Assembly: GCA_036398095.1 (NCBI GenBank)
Contig: DASWHR010000027.1
Location: forward strand, 8,174-72,173
Direction of reading: 5' to 3'
Source: Actinomycetota bacterium
Lineage (GTDB): Bacteria > Actinomycetota > AC-67
Length of the DNA: 64,000 nucleotides
Shown piece by piece: positions 54,432 through 64,000 of the stretch. The translations under genes and the position numbers were made by a program. Within the stretch, counting starts at the first letter, position 1, and every line of letters starts with the position of its first letter. The notes beneath the pieces were generated by a model that saw only the letters and a list, made by a program, of their open reading frames with translations, was not told where the DNA came from and searched no databases.

Positions 54432-55319
54432 CTATGGGCGGAAGGCGGCCGTTTCTCGCACAAGTGCGTCCACCAGCGCGCCGGCGGCGGGCGGAAGCGT
54501 TCGCTCGTGGAGCCAGGCGATCACGTAGTCGAAGTCGGCGCTGGATCCCGCGCGGGCCAGCGGCACGGATCGAATATCCGGCGGCAGGCGGACCGAGTCG
54601 GGCAGCACGCCGACGCCCAGGCCCCGGCGTGCGAGCGACACGACCGCCTCGGGGGTCGCGTCGCGCAGCCGCACGCGCAGACGCAAACCGGCTCGCTCGG
54701 CAAGATGCGTTACGTGCCGCGTGACCATGAACTCGGGCGCCAGCATCAGCAGCGGCTCGGCGGCCAGCGCCCCGATCGGGACCGAACGCATTGACGCGAA
54801 GCGGTGCGCGGGCGGCACCGCCAGCACGACCCGCCATGTCGCAAGCTTGCGCGAGCGCATCCCGTCCTCCAACGCGCTGCCGGCCAACGTGGACAGGTCC
54901 ACTTCTCGGTCGTGCAGCGCGCGGATCGCCTCCTGCGCGTCCAACGACCGGATCTCCACCTCCACGTCCGGATGCGCGGCATTGAAACGTTCCAGTCCGC
55001 GGGCCAAGACTGCGATGCCGCCGGCGAGGGACGACAGGCGAATCCGTCCGGCCGCGCCGCGCGTGATCGCATCGGCCGCCTCCCGGGCACGATCCATCTC
55101 GGCCAGAACCCGCGAGGCGGCGGCCGCGATCTCGGTGCCGAGCGGCGTCGGCGCGGCGTGCCGCGGCAGCCGGTCGAAGAGCCTCCCGCCCAGCTCGTTC
55201 TCCAGTCGCGCGATGCGGCGCGACAGGGCCGGCTGCGCGACGCGCAGGTCGTCGGCTGCGGCCGAAAACGTCCCGGCATGCACGATTGCCCGGACGGCGG
55301 CCAGATCGTGGGTATCCAT
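54432..55319 (-). CDS. LysR-family transcriptional regulator
   Basis: N-terminal HTH LAAVRAIVHAGTFSAAADDLRVAQPALSRRIARLENELG plus a LysR substrate-binding domain. It is divergent from the citE-like gene. Confidence 0.85.
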   Translation of the reverse strand: MDTHDLAAVRAIVHAGTFSAAADDLRVAQPALSRRIARLENELGGRLFDRLPRHAAPTPLGTEIAAAASRVLAEMDRAREAADAITRGAAGRIRLSSLAGGIAVLARGLERFNAAHPDVEVEIRSLDAQEAIRALHDREVDLSTLAGSALEDGMRSRKLATWRVVLAVPPAHRFASMRSVPIGALAAEPLLMLAPEFMVTRHVTHLAERAGLRLRVRLRDATPEAVVSLARRGLGVGVLPDSVRLPPDIRSVPLARAGSSADFDYVIAWLHERTLPPAAGALVDALVRETAAFRP

Positions 55320-55437
55320 CCATGCAGAACCATAACAGAACGGCATGGTTTATGACTCGAATGGCTATTGGACAGCATGAAAGCGAGCGGGAGATACTGA
55401 CCCTCGGCACCCGATTCCTAACAGGAGGTCTCACCGA

Positions 55438-56379
55438 ATGCGCGCGCGCCGCTCATGCCTATCGGTCCCCGGCTCGTCGGCGAAGTTTCTCGCCAAGGCG
55501 GCCACGCTGGACGCCGACGAAGTTTTCTTTGACCTGGAAGACTCCGTCGCCCCGCTCGAAAAGGAGGCCGCGCGCGGCAACGTCGTGCAGGCGCTGAAGG
55601 AGCACGAGTACAAGGCGCCCACCAAGGTGCTCCGTGTCAACGGCGTCTACACACGCTGGTGCGCCAAGGATCTGATTGAGGTCGTCGAGAACGCCGGCGA
55701 GCAACTCGACTGCATCATGATTCCCAAGGTTGAAACCGTCGCCGACGTGAAGTTCGTGTCGAACATGCTTCGCATGATCGAACAGAACATGGGCTTCGAA
55801 AAGAAGATCGGCATCGAGGTGCAGATCGAAACCGCGCTGGGCCTGCTGAATCTTCCGCAGATCGCCGCCTGCGACGATCGCATCGAAGACCTGATCCTCG
55901 GTCCGGCCGACATGAGCGCCTCGCTGGGTCTGCCGACCGTCACGGCCGGCGAGCCGATCCCCGGCTACGAGAATCTCGATCACTTCCACTACGTGCTTAC
56001 GCACATCAACATCGCGGCGCGCGCCAACAACTTGCAGGCGATCGGCGGGCCGTACCTGCTCATCCGCGATCTGGATGGCTTTCGCGCCGCCGCGATGCGC
56101 GAGCGCGCGCTGGGCTACGACGGCAAGTGGGCGCTGCATCCCGACCAGGTCACCGTCCTCAACGAGGTCTTCGCGCCGACGCAAGACGAGTACGACAAGG
56201 CCGAATCGGTGCTCGAGCACTACAAGTACGTCACCGAGGTCGAGCGCAAGGGCGCCGTCATGTTCGGCAAGGAGATGATCGACGAAGCCAGCCGCAAGAT
56301 GGCCGAACAGTTCGCCGCACGCGGCCGCGCCGCCGGCATCAAGCGCGTCAAACAAGTAAAGGACTTCCTCGGCGGATGA
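55438..56379 (+). CDS. citE: HpcH/HpaI-family CitE-like acyl-CoA lyase (malyl-/citramalyl-CoA lyase type)
   Basis: FFDLEDSVAP, IMIPKVE, GKWALHPDQV are collinear with malyl-CoA / beta-methylmalyl-CoA lyase and mycobacterial CitE. Confidence 0.8.
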   Translation: MRARRSCLSVPGSSAKFLAKAATLDADEVFFDLEDSVAPLEKEAARGNVVQALKEHEYKAPTKVLRVNGVYTRWCAKDLIEVVENAGEQLDCIMIPKVETVADVKFVSNMLRMIEQNMGFEKKIGIEVQIETALGLLNLPQIAACDDRIEDLILGPADMSASLGLPTVTAGEPIPGYENLDHFHYVLTHINIAARANNLQAIGGPYLLIRDLDGFRAAAMRERALGYDGKWALHPDQVTVLNEVFAPTQDEYDKAESVLEHYKYVTEVERKGAVMFGKEMIDEASRKMAEQFAARGRAAGIKRVKQVKDFLGG

Positions 56380-56384
56380 AAGGT

Positions 56385-56684
56385 TTACCGAGCCGGTGCA
56401 GCCACGGCCGTCGTCGCGACGAGTCGCTCCCAGACGACGGCATCGTTCCCGGCGCCCGCGCTGTTCATCGCGTCGCGAACGAGGGATGTCGCTCGCGTGA
56501 TCGCGGGTTCGATGCCATCGCCTTCGACCGTGATCGCGATCTCGATCTCGCCGTCGGCCATGGAGCCGCCGATCGCCGGATCCGCCCTCGGAAGCGATGC
56601 CAAACTGGCCATGACTTCGTCCAGCCAGGCTTCGGCTCCCTCGGGTCGCAGGATCCGGCCCGCCAGCCCAATTTCGTATCTCAT
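56385..56684 (-). CDS. small hypothetical protein
   Basis: 99 aa, not Arg-rich. A GGGAG RBS lies 9 nt upstream. Convergent with citE. No homology recognised. Confidence 0.35.
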   Translation of the reverse strand: MRYEIGLAGRILRPEGAEAWLDEVMASLASLPRADPAIGGSMADGEIEIAITVEGDGIEPAITRATSLVRDAMNSAGAGNDAVVWERLVATTAVAAPAR

Positions 56685-56789
56685 GCGGCGGCTCCCAACA
56701 ATCGCATCGGCGGAACCATTGTTTCAGATTCGTCGCGTACCGCCAATCGGACGGCTGATCGTTTTCGAACCCGACAGAAGTGAGGTCCC

Positions 56790-57964
<1,175 letters not shown>

Positions 57965-57968
<4 letters not shown>

Positions 57969-58633
57969 ACGAGCACGTTCTGCATGCCTTGTCGGCCGAG
58001 TGCGCGCGGACGGGGGCGCTGCTGGATTCGCTGACGTCCGACGACTGGCCACGGCCGACACGCTGTCCGCCACTGACGGTGTTCGAGCTGGCCGCGCACG
58101 CCTACCGGGGCGCGCTTCGCATCGCCGAAATGATCGACGAGGGTGCGCGCGACGACGAAGCTGAAAAGAGCGCGATCACCTATTTCCAGTACGACGCGAA
58201 GGCCGAAGCCCCGATGATCGTCAAGCGGGCACAAGAGGTTGCACAGACGCTGCACCCGGGGACCATGGCCGGCATCTGGCAGTCGGGGTGGGATGCCGCG
58301 CTCGCGAAGGCCGCGCCCCACATGCACGTCGATCCGGTTTTCGACACCGTCTTCGGGCGGATGCACCTGTCGGAGTACCTCAAGACCCGCGTGGTCGAGG
58401 TCACCATCCACGCGATGGACATGCGGGACGGACTCAATCTGGCGCCCGACCCGACCGAGCCGGGCCTGACCGTGTGCTGCGAGGTCCTACGTGGCCTGCT
58501 CGGCGCCGACGTCCGGCCGCTCGGCATCGACGATGTCCGCTTCGCCGAGACCGCGACCGGCCGCGCGACGCTGGACGACGCCGAGCGCGAGATGCTGGGC
58601 CCGCTGGCCGGCCTGTTTCCCGTGCTCGCATAG
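57965..58633 (+). CDS. DinB_2 / MDMPI N-terminal-domain family protein (TIGR03083-like), second copy
   Basis: The GTG at 57965 overlaps the ACAD stop (GTGA). WPRPTRCPPLTVFELAAHA is a family-typical N-terminus. Confidence 0.55.
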
Positions 58634-58690
58634 CCAGCGGCGAACCGATTCCGAAAGTACACTTCCGACACCGCAAGGAGGACTCAGTCG

Positions 58691-59197
58691 ATGGGCGAGG
58701 CACGAGACTTCGGACGCTTCTACGAGGACTTCGTCATCGGGGACGTCTACAAGCACTGGCCGGGAAAGACGATCACCGAGTCCGACGATCACCTGTTCTG
58801 CATGATCACGATGAACCATCATCCGCTGCACACCAACGTCCACTACGCCGAGACCTCGACGCATTTCAAGCGCAACGTCGTCGTCGGAAACCTCGTCTAC
58901 TCGCTGGCGCTCGGGATGAGCGTCCCGGATGTGTCCGGCCGCGCGATCGCCAACCTGGAGGTCGAATCGCTGTTGCACAAGGGGCCGATGTTCCACGGCG
59001 ACACGCTCTACGCCGAGACGACAGTGCTGGACAAGAAGGAATCCTCCTCCAAGCCCGACCGGGGGGTCGTCGCGGTCGAAACGCGCGGCTACAACCAGGA
59101 CGGCGTCGAAGTGCTGTACTTCCGTCGCAAGGTCATGGTCCCGAAGCGGTCGCACCACCCCGAGACGCAGCCGGGCCGTCCCGAGCCGCGCGAATAG
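58691..59197 (+). CDS. MaoC-like (R)-specific enoyl-CoA hydratase/dehydratase
   Basis: AAGGAGG RBS. Hot-dog fold with HFKRNVVVGNLVYSLALG. 168 aa. Confidence 0.8.
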   Translation: MGEARDFGRFYEDFVIGDVYKHWPGKTITESDDHLFCMITMNHHPLHTNVHYAETSTHFKRNVVVGNLVYSLALGMSVPDVSGRAIANLEVESLLHKGPMFHGDTLYAETTVLDKKESSSKPDRGVVAVETRGYNQDGVEVLYFRRKVMVPKRSHHPETQPGRPEPRE

Positions 59198-59207
59198 GAG
59201 GTCCTGG

Positions 59208-60392
59208 TTGAACTGGGTCGATCTCGTCATCCTCGGCGCGCTCGGCCTCGGCATCTGGACCGGCTACCGGCGCGGCGCCGTCTTGCAGGTGTTCTCCTGG
59301 GGCGGATTCGTTCTGGGGTTGGTGATCGGCTTCCTGCTGGCGCCGCCGCTCGTCGGCTTGTTCATCAACAACCCCGAAAGCGCGTCGATTCCCATCTACA
59401 CGATCGTCGCGCTGCTCGGCATCGCCTTCGTGGTCGAAGGGATCGTCGCCGCGTTCGCGATGAAGCTTCGCAAGAAGATCACCAACGCGACGATCAACAA
59501 GACCGACAAGATCGTCGGCTCGGCGATCGCCGGCATCCTGTCTCTGGTCGGCGCGTGGCTGCTCGGGTCGACGCTTGGCAACCTGCCGGCCAAGTCGGTC
59601 GCGTCCGCCGTGCGCGAATCGGCGATCATCCGAGTGCTCAACAACATCGCGCCGCCGCCGCTTTCCATCACCGCCGAGATCAGCCGCCTGCTTCGCAACA
59701 GCGGCTTCCCCGAAGTCTTCGCCGCTCTCAATCCGTCACTCGCGCCCGGCGTCGAACCGCCGCCCGAGAGCCTGGCCGGCGACCAAGAGATCCTGGCTGC
59801 GGCCGAGATCACCTACAAGATCGAATCCAAAGGATGCAACGGGCTGGTAGACGGCTCAGGATTCCCGATCGGATCGGACATGCTCGTCACCGCGGCGCAC
59901 GTCGTGGCCGGCACGCGTGACACGCAGGTCCTGCCGGCGACGGACCGGCGCTCCTACAAGGGAACCGTCATCTATATGGACACCGACAAGGACATCGCGA
60001 TCATCCGCGTGAGCCTGCCCGGCAAGGTGTTCTTCGTCGAAGACGAGCACGCGGCGCGAAACACCGACGGCGCGGCGATCGGCTATCCCGGCGGCGGAAA
60101 GCGCAAGATCTCGCCGGCGCGCGTGCGGTCGCGTACGCAGGCTCGCGGCTACGACATCTACTCGCAAGGGACGGTCACGCGCACGATCTATGTGCTCCAC
60201 GCCGAGGTGCGCCAAGGCAACTCGGGCGGGCCGTTGGTGGATACCGACGGCAGGATTCGCGGGATGGTCTTCGCCGCCTCCCGCGAGGATCCCAACGAGT
60301 CCTACGCCCTGGCCGAAAACGAGATCTTCCGCGCCGTCGATCGCGCCAGAGGAAAGACCCAGCAGGTCGACACCGGCCGCTGTGCCCTGTAG
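59208..60392 (+). CDS. MarP-like membrane serine protease (CvpA-family TM domain fused to trypsin-like S1 protease)
   Basis: AGGAGG RBS 6 nt before TTG 59208. About four TM helices (CvpA-like). Catalytic triad His (TAAHVV), Asp (DIAIIRV), Ser (GNSGGPLV). Confidence 0.75.
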   Translation: MNWVDLVILGALGLGIWTGYRRGAVLQVFSWGGFVLGLVIGFLLAPPLVGLFINNPESASIPIYTIVALLGIAFVVEGIVAAFAMKLRKKITNATINKTDKIVGSAIAGILSLVGAWLLGSTLGNLPAKSVASAVRESAIIRVLNNIAPPPLSITAEISRLLRNSGFPEVFAALNPSLAPGVEPPPESLAGDQEILAAAEITYKIESKGCNGLVDGSGFPIGSDMLVTAAHVVAGTRDTQVLPATDRRSYKGTVIYMDTDKDIAIIRVSLPGKVFFVEDEHAARNTDGAAIGYPGGGKRKISPARVRSRTQARGYDIYSQGTVTRTIYVLHAEVRQGNSGGPLVDTDGRIRGMVFAASREDPNESYALAENEIFRAVDRARGKTQQVDTGRCAL

Positions 60393-60413
60393 CCGGCGAG
60401 TACCATTGAAGCC

Positions 60414-61595
60414 GTGCGCGACTATGCGATCCTCCATTACCACGAGATCGGGCTGAAGGGCGGCAATCGGTCGTTCTTCGAGCGGGCCCTGCAGCGCAAC
60501 GTCGATCGCGCGCTGAGGGGTCTGGCCGGCAATGCCAAGCGGCTGCCCGGCCGCCTGCTCGTCCCGTTGGTCGCGGGCGCGGATCGCGACGAGGTGATCA
60601 TGCGCCTCGGCCGCGTCTACGGCATCGCCAACTTCGCGCTGGCCACGGGTGACGAGATGACGCTCGAGCAGATCCACGACGTCGCCTGGGACCATATGCA
60701 GCGCGCCGACTTCGAAACGTTCGCCGTCCGCGCGCGCATCGCGCACTCGACGCTGCCCTACACCGTTCGTGAGCTCAACGAAAGGATCGGCGCCGTCTTG
60801 CTCGAGCGCAGCAAGACGAAGGTGAACCTGAGCGCGCCCGATCTGACCGTCCACGTCGAGATCGTCGGCGATCTCGTGCTCGTCTACACCACCAAGCATC
60901 CCGGGCCGGGCGGCCTGCCGGTCGGTGTCAGCGGCCGCAGCGTCGTGTTGATCTCGGCCGGGATCGACTCGCCGGTCGCGGCCGCCCGCATGATGCGCCG
61001 CGGCTCGAAGGTCACCTTCGTGCACTTCCATTCGATGCCGTTCACCGACGCGTCCAGCACGCGGCAGACCGAAGAGATCGTCCAGCATCTGACACGCCAC
61101 CAGAACGAGGCGAACTTGTGGATCGTGCCGCTGGCGCAGGCGCAGCAAGAGATCGTCGCCGTCGCGCCGCAGCAGCTTCGCACGATCCTGTACCGCCGAA
61201 TGATGATGCGCATCGCCGCGCTCGTCGCCGAGCAGGAAGGCGCCAAAGCGCTGGTCACCGGCGACTCGCTCGGCCAGGTCGCCAGCCAGACGATCGAGAA
61301 TCTCACCGCCGTCGAGGATGCCTCGTCGCTGCCGGTGCTTCGGCCGCTGATCACGCTCGACAAGATCGAGATCATCGCCGAAGCGCAGAAGCTGGGAACG
61401 TTCGAGGTGTCGGCGGCGCCGTGCCAGGAAGCCTGCGTCCTGTTCGAGCCCAAGCGGCCGGCGACCAAGGCGAGCGTAGAGGAATCCCGCCGCGCCGAGG
61501 AGAAGCTGGACGTGGACGCGCTCGCCAAAGAGGCTTTCGCGCAGGCCGAGCTCCGCACGTATCGTTATCCGGAGACTCCAGGAGACCACACGTGA
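60414..61595 (+). CDS. thiI: tRNA 4-thiouridine synthase (tRNA uracil 4-sulfurtransferase)
   Basis: THUMP-like N-terminus and PP-loop SAGIDSPVAA. 393 aa. GTG start. Confidence 0.85.
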   Translation: MRDYAILHYHEIGLKGGNRSFFERALQRNVDRALRGLAGNAKRLPGRLLVPLVAGADRDEVIMRLGRVYGIANFALATGDEMTLEQIHDVAWDHMQRADFETFAVRARIAHSTLPYTVRELNERIGAVLLERSKTKVNLSAPDLTVHVEIVGDLVLVYTTKHPGPGGLPVGVSGRSVVLISAGIDSPVAAARMMRRGSKVTFVHFHSMPFTDASSTRQTEEIVQHLTRHQNEANLWIVPLAQAQQEIVAVAPQQLRTILYRRMMMRIAALVAEQEGAKALVTGDSLGQVASQTIENLTAVEDASSLPVLRPLITLDKIEIIAEAQKLGTFEVSAAPCQEACVLFEPKRPATKASVEESRRAEEKLDVDALAKEAFAQAELRTYRYPETPGDHT

Positions 61596-62677
61596 GCGAC
61601 GAAGAGTTCCGACCGCCGCCCGAGCCCGCCGACCCGCCGGGCGTGCTTGACTCCGGGTGGTCCGCGGCTAGGGTCAACCCGGGAGGATCCGACATGAGCG
61701 TGCCCATCAAACCTGCCCGAAACCCGCGCTGGGAGCCCCAGGCGGACGAGCCGATCACGCTCGACGCCGAGCCCGCCCCCGACGACGACGGCAGCTACGA
61801 CGACGACGTCGCGAAGATCCTCACCGAGATCCAATCGGTCACCGCCGTCGCAGAGCTCGAGGCTCGGGTCGCCGAGCTCGAACACGAACTGAGCCGCGTC
61901 CGCAGCGGCCACGCCGAGGACACCGACAAGGTGAGCGGCGAGCTGACGATCATGAGGGCCCGCATCGAAGACGCGCTGGGGGCCGTCGGCGCGACCGTCG
62001 AGCAGCTCCGCGGCGAAGCCGCCCGCAAGGCCTTGGAAGCGGCCGAACCCGCGGTGCCGGTCATCGACGAAGACGCGCTTCGCGAGCGCGTCCGCACCGA
62101 GATCAAGCCGGCCCGCGACGAAGTCGTCGCGACCGCCCGCGAAGAGGTCAACGCGCGCGTCAAGCAGATGCGCATCGACCTGGACGCCTCGGTCAACACG
62201 ATCCGCGCCGAATTCCAGTCTTCGTTCACCGGGCTTCTGCAAGGAATGGAATCGGGCCTTCAGCAGGCTCGTGAGCAAGCGATGCGCGAGATCACGCGCC
62301 TCCGGGAACGGATCGAACCCGAATTGCAGACCGCGCGTGAGGACGTCGCCGATCAGACGTCAACGCTGCGCCGGGATCTGGTTTCGAGCGAGGAGACCTT
62401 CACCGGCGCGCTGCGCGCGTTCGCGGGCCGGCTGGAGGGGCTGCAGTCGCAGCTATCGGAAGCGGGCGCGCGTATGGCGGCCGAACGGGCCGCAGCGGCC
62501 GCGCAGCTTCAAAGCATGGGCACGCGCATCGACGCGCTGGACGAGCGCATCACCGAAGGGCTCGCCCGCCTGTCCGAGGGAATCTTGCGCGTCGCCGAGA
62601 ACATCGGGTCGGCCACGACCCTGCAGCGCCGCATCGCGGCCCTGGAAACCGCGATGAGCGACCTGCCCCAGGGATAG
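61592..62677 (+). CDS. coiled-coil protein, unknown function
   Basis: The GTG at 61592 overlaps the thiI stop (GTGA). The N-terminus is Pro-rich and acidic, followed by about 300 aa of heptad-like coiled coil. An alternative start is the ATG at 61695. Confidence 0.5.
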   Translation: MSDEEFRPPPEPADPPGVLDSGWSAARVNPGGSDMSVPIKPARNPRWEPQADEPITLDAEPAPDDDGSYDDDVAKILTEIQSVTAVAELEARVAELEHELSRVRSGHAEDTDKVSGELTIMRARIEDALGAVGATVEQLRGEAARKALEAAEPAVPVIDEDALRERVRTEIKPARDEVVATAREEVNARVKQMRIDLDASVNTIRAEFQSSFTGLLQGMESGLQQAREQAMREITRLRERIEPELQTAREDVADQTSTLRRDLVSSEETFTGALRAFAGRLEGLQSQLSEAGARMAAERAAAAAQLQSMGTRIDALDERITEGLARLSEGILRVAENIGSATTLQRRIAALETAMSDLPQG

Positions 62678-62680
62678 GGC

Positions 62681-62944
62681 CTACTTCTTCTTCTTGGCCT
62701 TCTTCGGACCGGCCTTGGCGGCCGGCTTCTTCGCGGCAGGCTTGGCCTTGGCGGCCTTGCCGTTCGTCTTGCCCGCGGCTGGAAGGAACTGGACGGTCCC
62801 GGCGCCTGGGGCGAACAGGGTCTCGGACCCGTCCTCCCAGCGGACCTGGATCAAGGATCCCACGACCTTGCGCAGAGTTCCTTCGCGGCGGCTCCCGCCG
62901 ACCTTCGAGCCTTCCACGACGACCCGGTCTCCTACCTTCGGCAT
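62681..62944 (-). CDS. DUF1918-domain protein with C-terminal histone-H1-like Lys/Ala/Pro-rich tail
   Basis: GGGGAGGA RBS. MPKVGDRVVVEGSKVGGSRREGTLRKVVGSLIQVRWEDGSETLFAPGAG matches DUF1918. It continues into AAGKTNGKAAKAKPAAKKPAAKAGPKKAKKKK. Confidence 0.65.
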   Translation of the reverse strand: MPKVGDRVVVEGSKVGGSRREGTLRKVVGSLIQVRWEDGSETLFAPGAGTVQFLPAAGKTNGKAAKAKPAAKKPAAKAGPKKAKKKK

Positions 62945-63004
62945 GCGGCGATCCTCCCCTGTGCGATACGATACGGACGGTTTCCCGGTCCCCCAGATTC
63001 AGGT

Positions 63005-63032
63005 TTGCCAATCGGGGACCGCGCGCTATACT
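63005..63032 (+). promoter_or_regulatory. candidate rRNA operon promoter (-35 TTGCCA, 16-nt spacer, -10 TATACT)
   Basis: Seen directly, about 270 nt upstream of the 16S 5' end. Confidence 0.45.
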
Positions 63033-63295
63033 AGCGCTCCGCTGTCCACTGGGGACGGCGGGAACTCGACCAAACTCCTACCCGAGATTTGGGTTGGTGT
63101 TTGGTCGCTGTCTGCGCCTTGAAAACCGCATAGCGAGGACACGCGATTCGATCCGGGCCGGAAGAGCTTTCGGGTTCGACCGGACCGGGGGAACGCAAGT
63201 GAGAGCGGGCACCCTTTTGTAACGCCTTGTTAGAGATCAGCACCGACGGCAACCAAGGAGCTTCGGCCCCGAGGAAGCCGGCGGTGAGAAACCTC

Positions 63296-64000
<705 letters not shown>

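Overview
This is a ~70% GC chromosomal segment from a probable deep-branching actinobacterium. The phylum call is inference from gene content: F420-dependent LLM and PPOX-type enzymes, two mycothiol-type DinB/MDMPI proteins, the DUF3090/SCO1664/phosphomutase triad, a REP13E12-like HNH gene, and a CadI-like protein. Genes are dense on both strands and many adjacent pairs share 4-bp GTGA/ATGA start/stop overlaps.

Housekeeping genes present: a partial Lhr helicase, acnA, fumC, NAD-malic enzyme, acetyl-CoA synthetase, thiI, class-V aminotransferase, an infA-like gene, and the 5' ~700 nt of a 16S rRNA gene with its promoter.

Accessory content worth attention:
- an ArsR / CadI(ArsI)-like metal(loid) module with an AT-rich operator region rich in GATAT repeats
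- a Hint-domain lipoprotein translationally coupled to a CrtI-like flavoenzyme
- two ECF sigma / anti-sigma pairs: one with a cupredoxin and a beta-propeller-type anti-sigma ectodomain, the other divergent from a large C-terminally anchored surface protein
- a REP13E12-like DUF222/HNH gene followed by a frameshifted membrane-protein remnant
- a LamG surface protein, a LarA-like protein, and two paralogous CocE/NonD (S15) hydrolases bracketing a low-GC gene
- a lysyl-oxidase-like copper enzyme beside a DsbB-TlpA-GDPD envelope redox operon
- a citE-fadE-maoC acyl-CoA cluster
- a MarP-like membrane protease

Possibly undescribed features include a ~115-bp element with perfect 17-bp terminal inverted repeats, an IF-1 homolog with a ~55-aa basic N-terminal extension sitting 20 nt after a terminator, a DUF1918 protein with a histone-like Lys/Ala tail next to the rRNA promoter, and a leaderless malic enzyme gene. 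No CRISPR arrays, tRNAs or transposases were seen.
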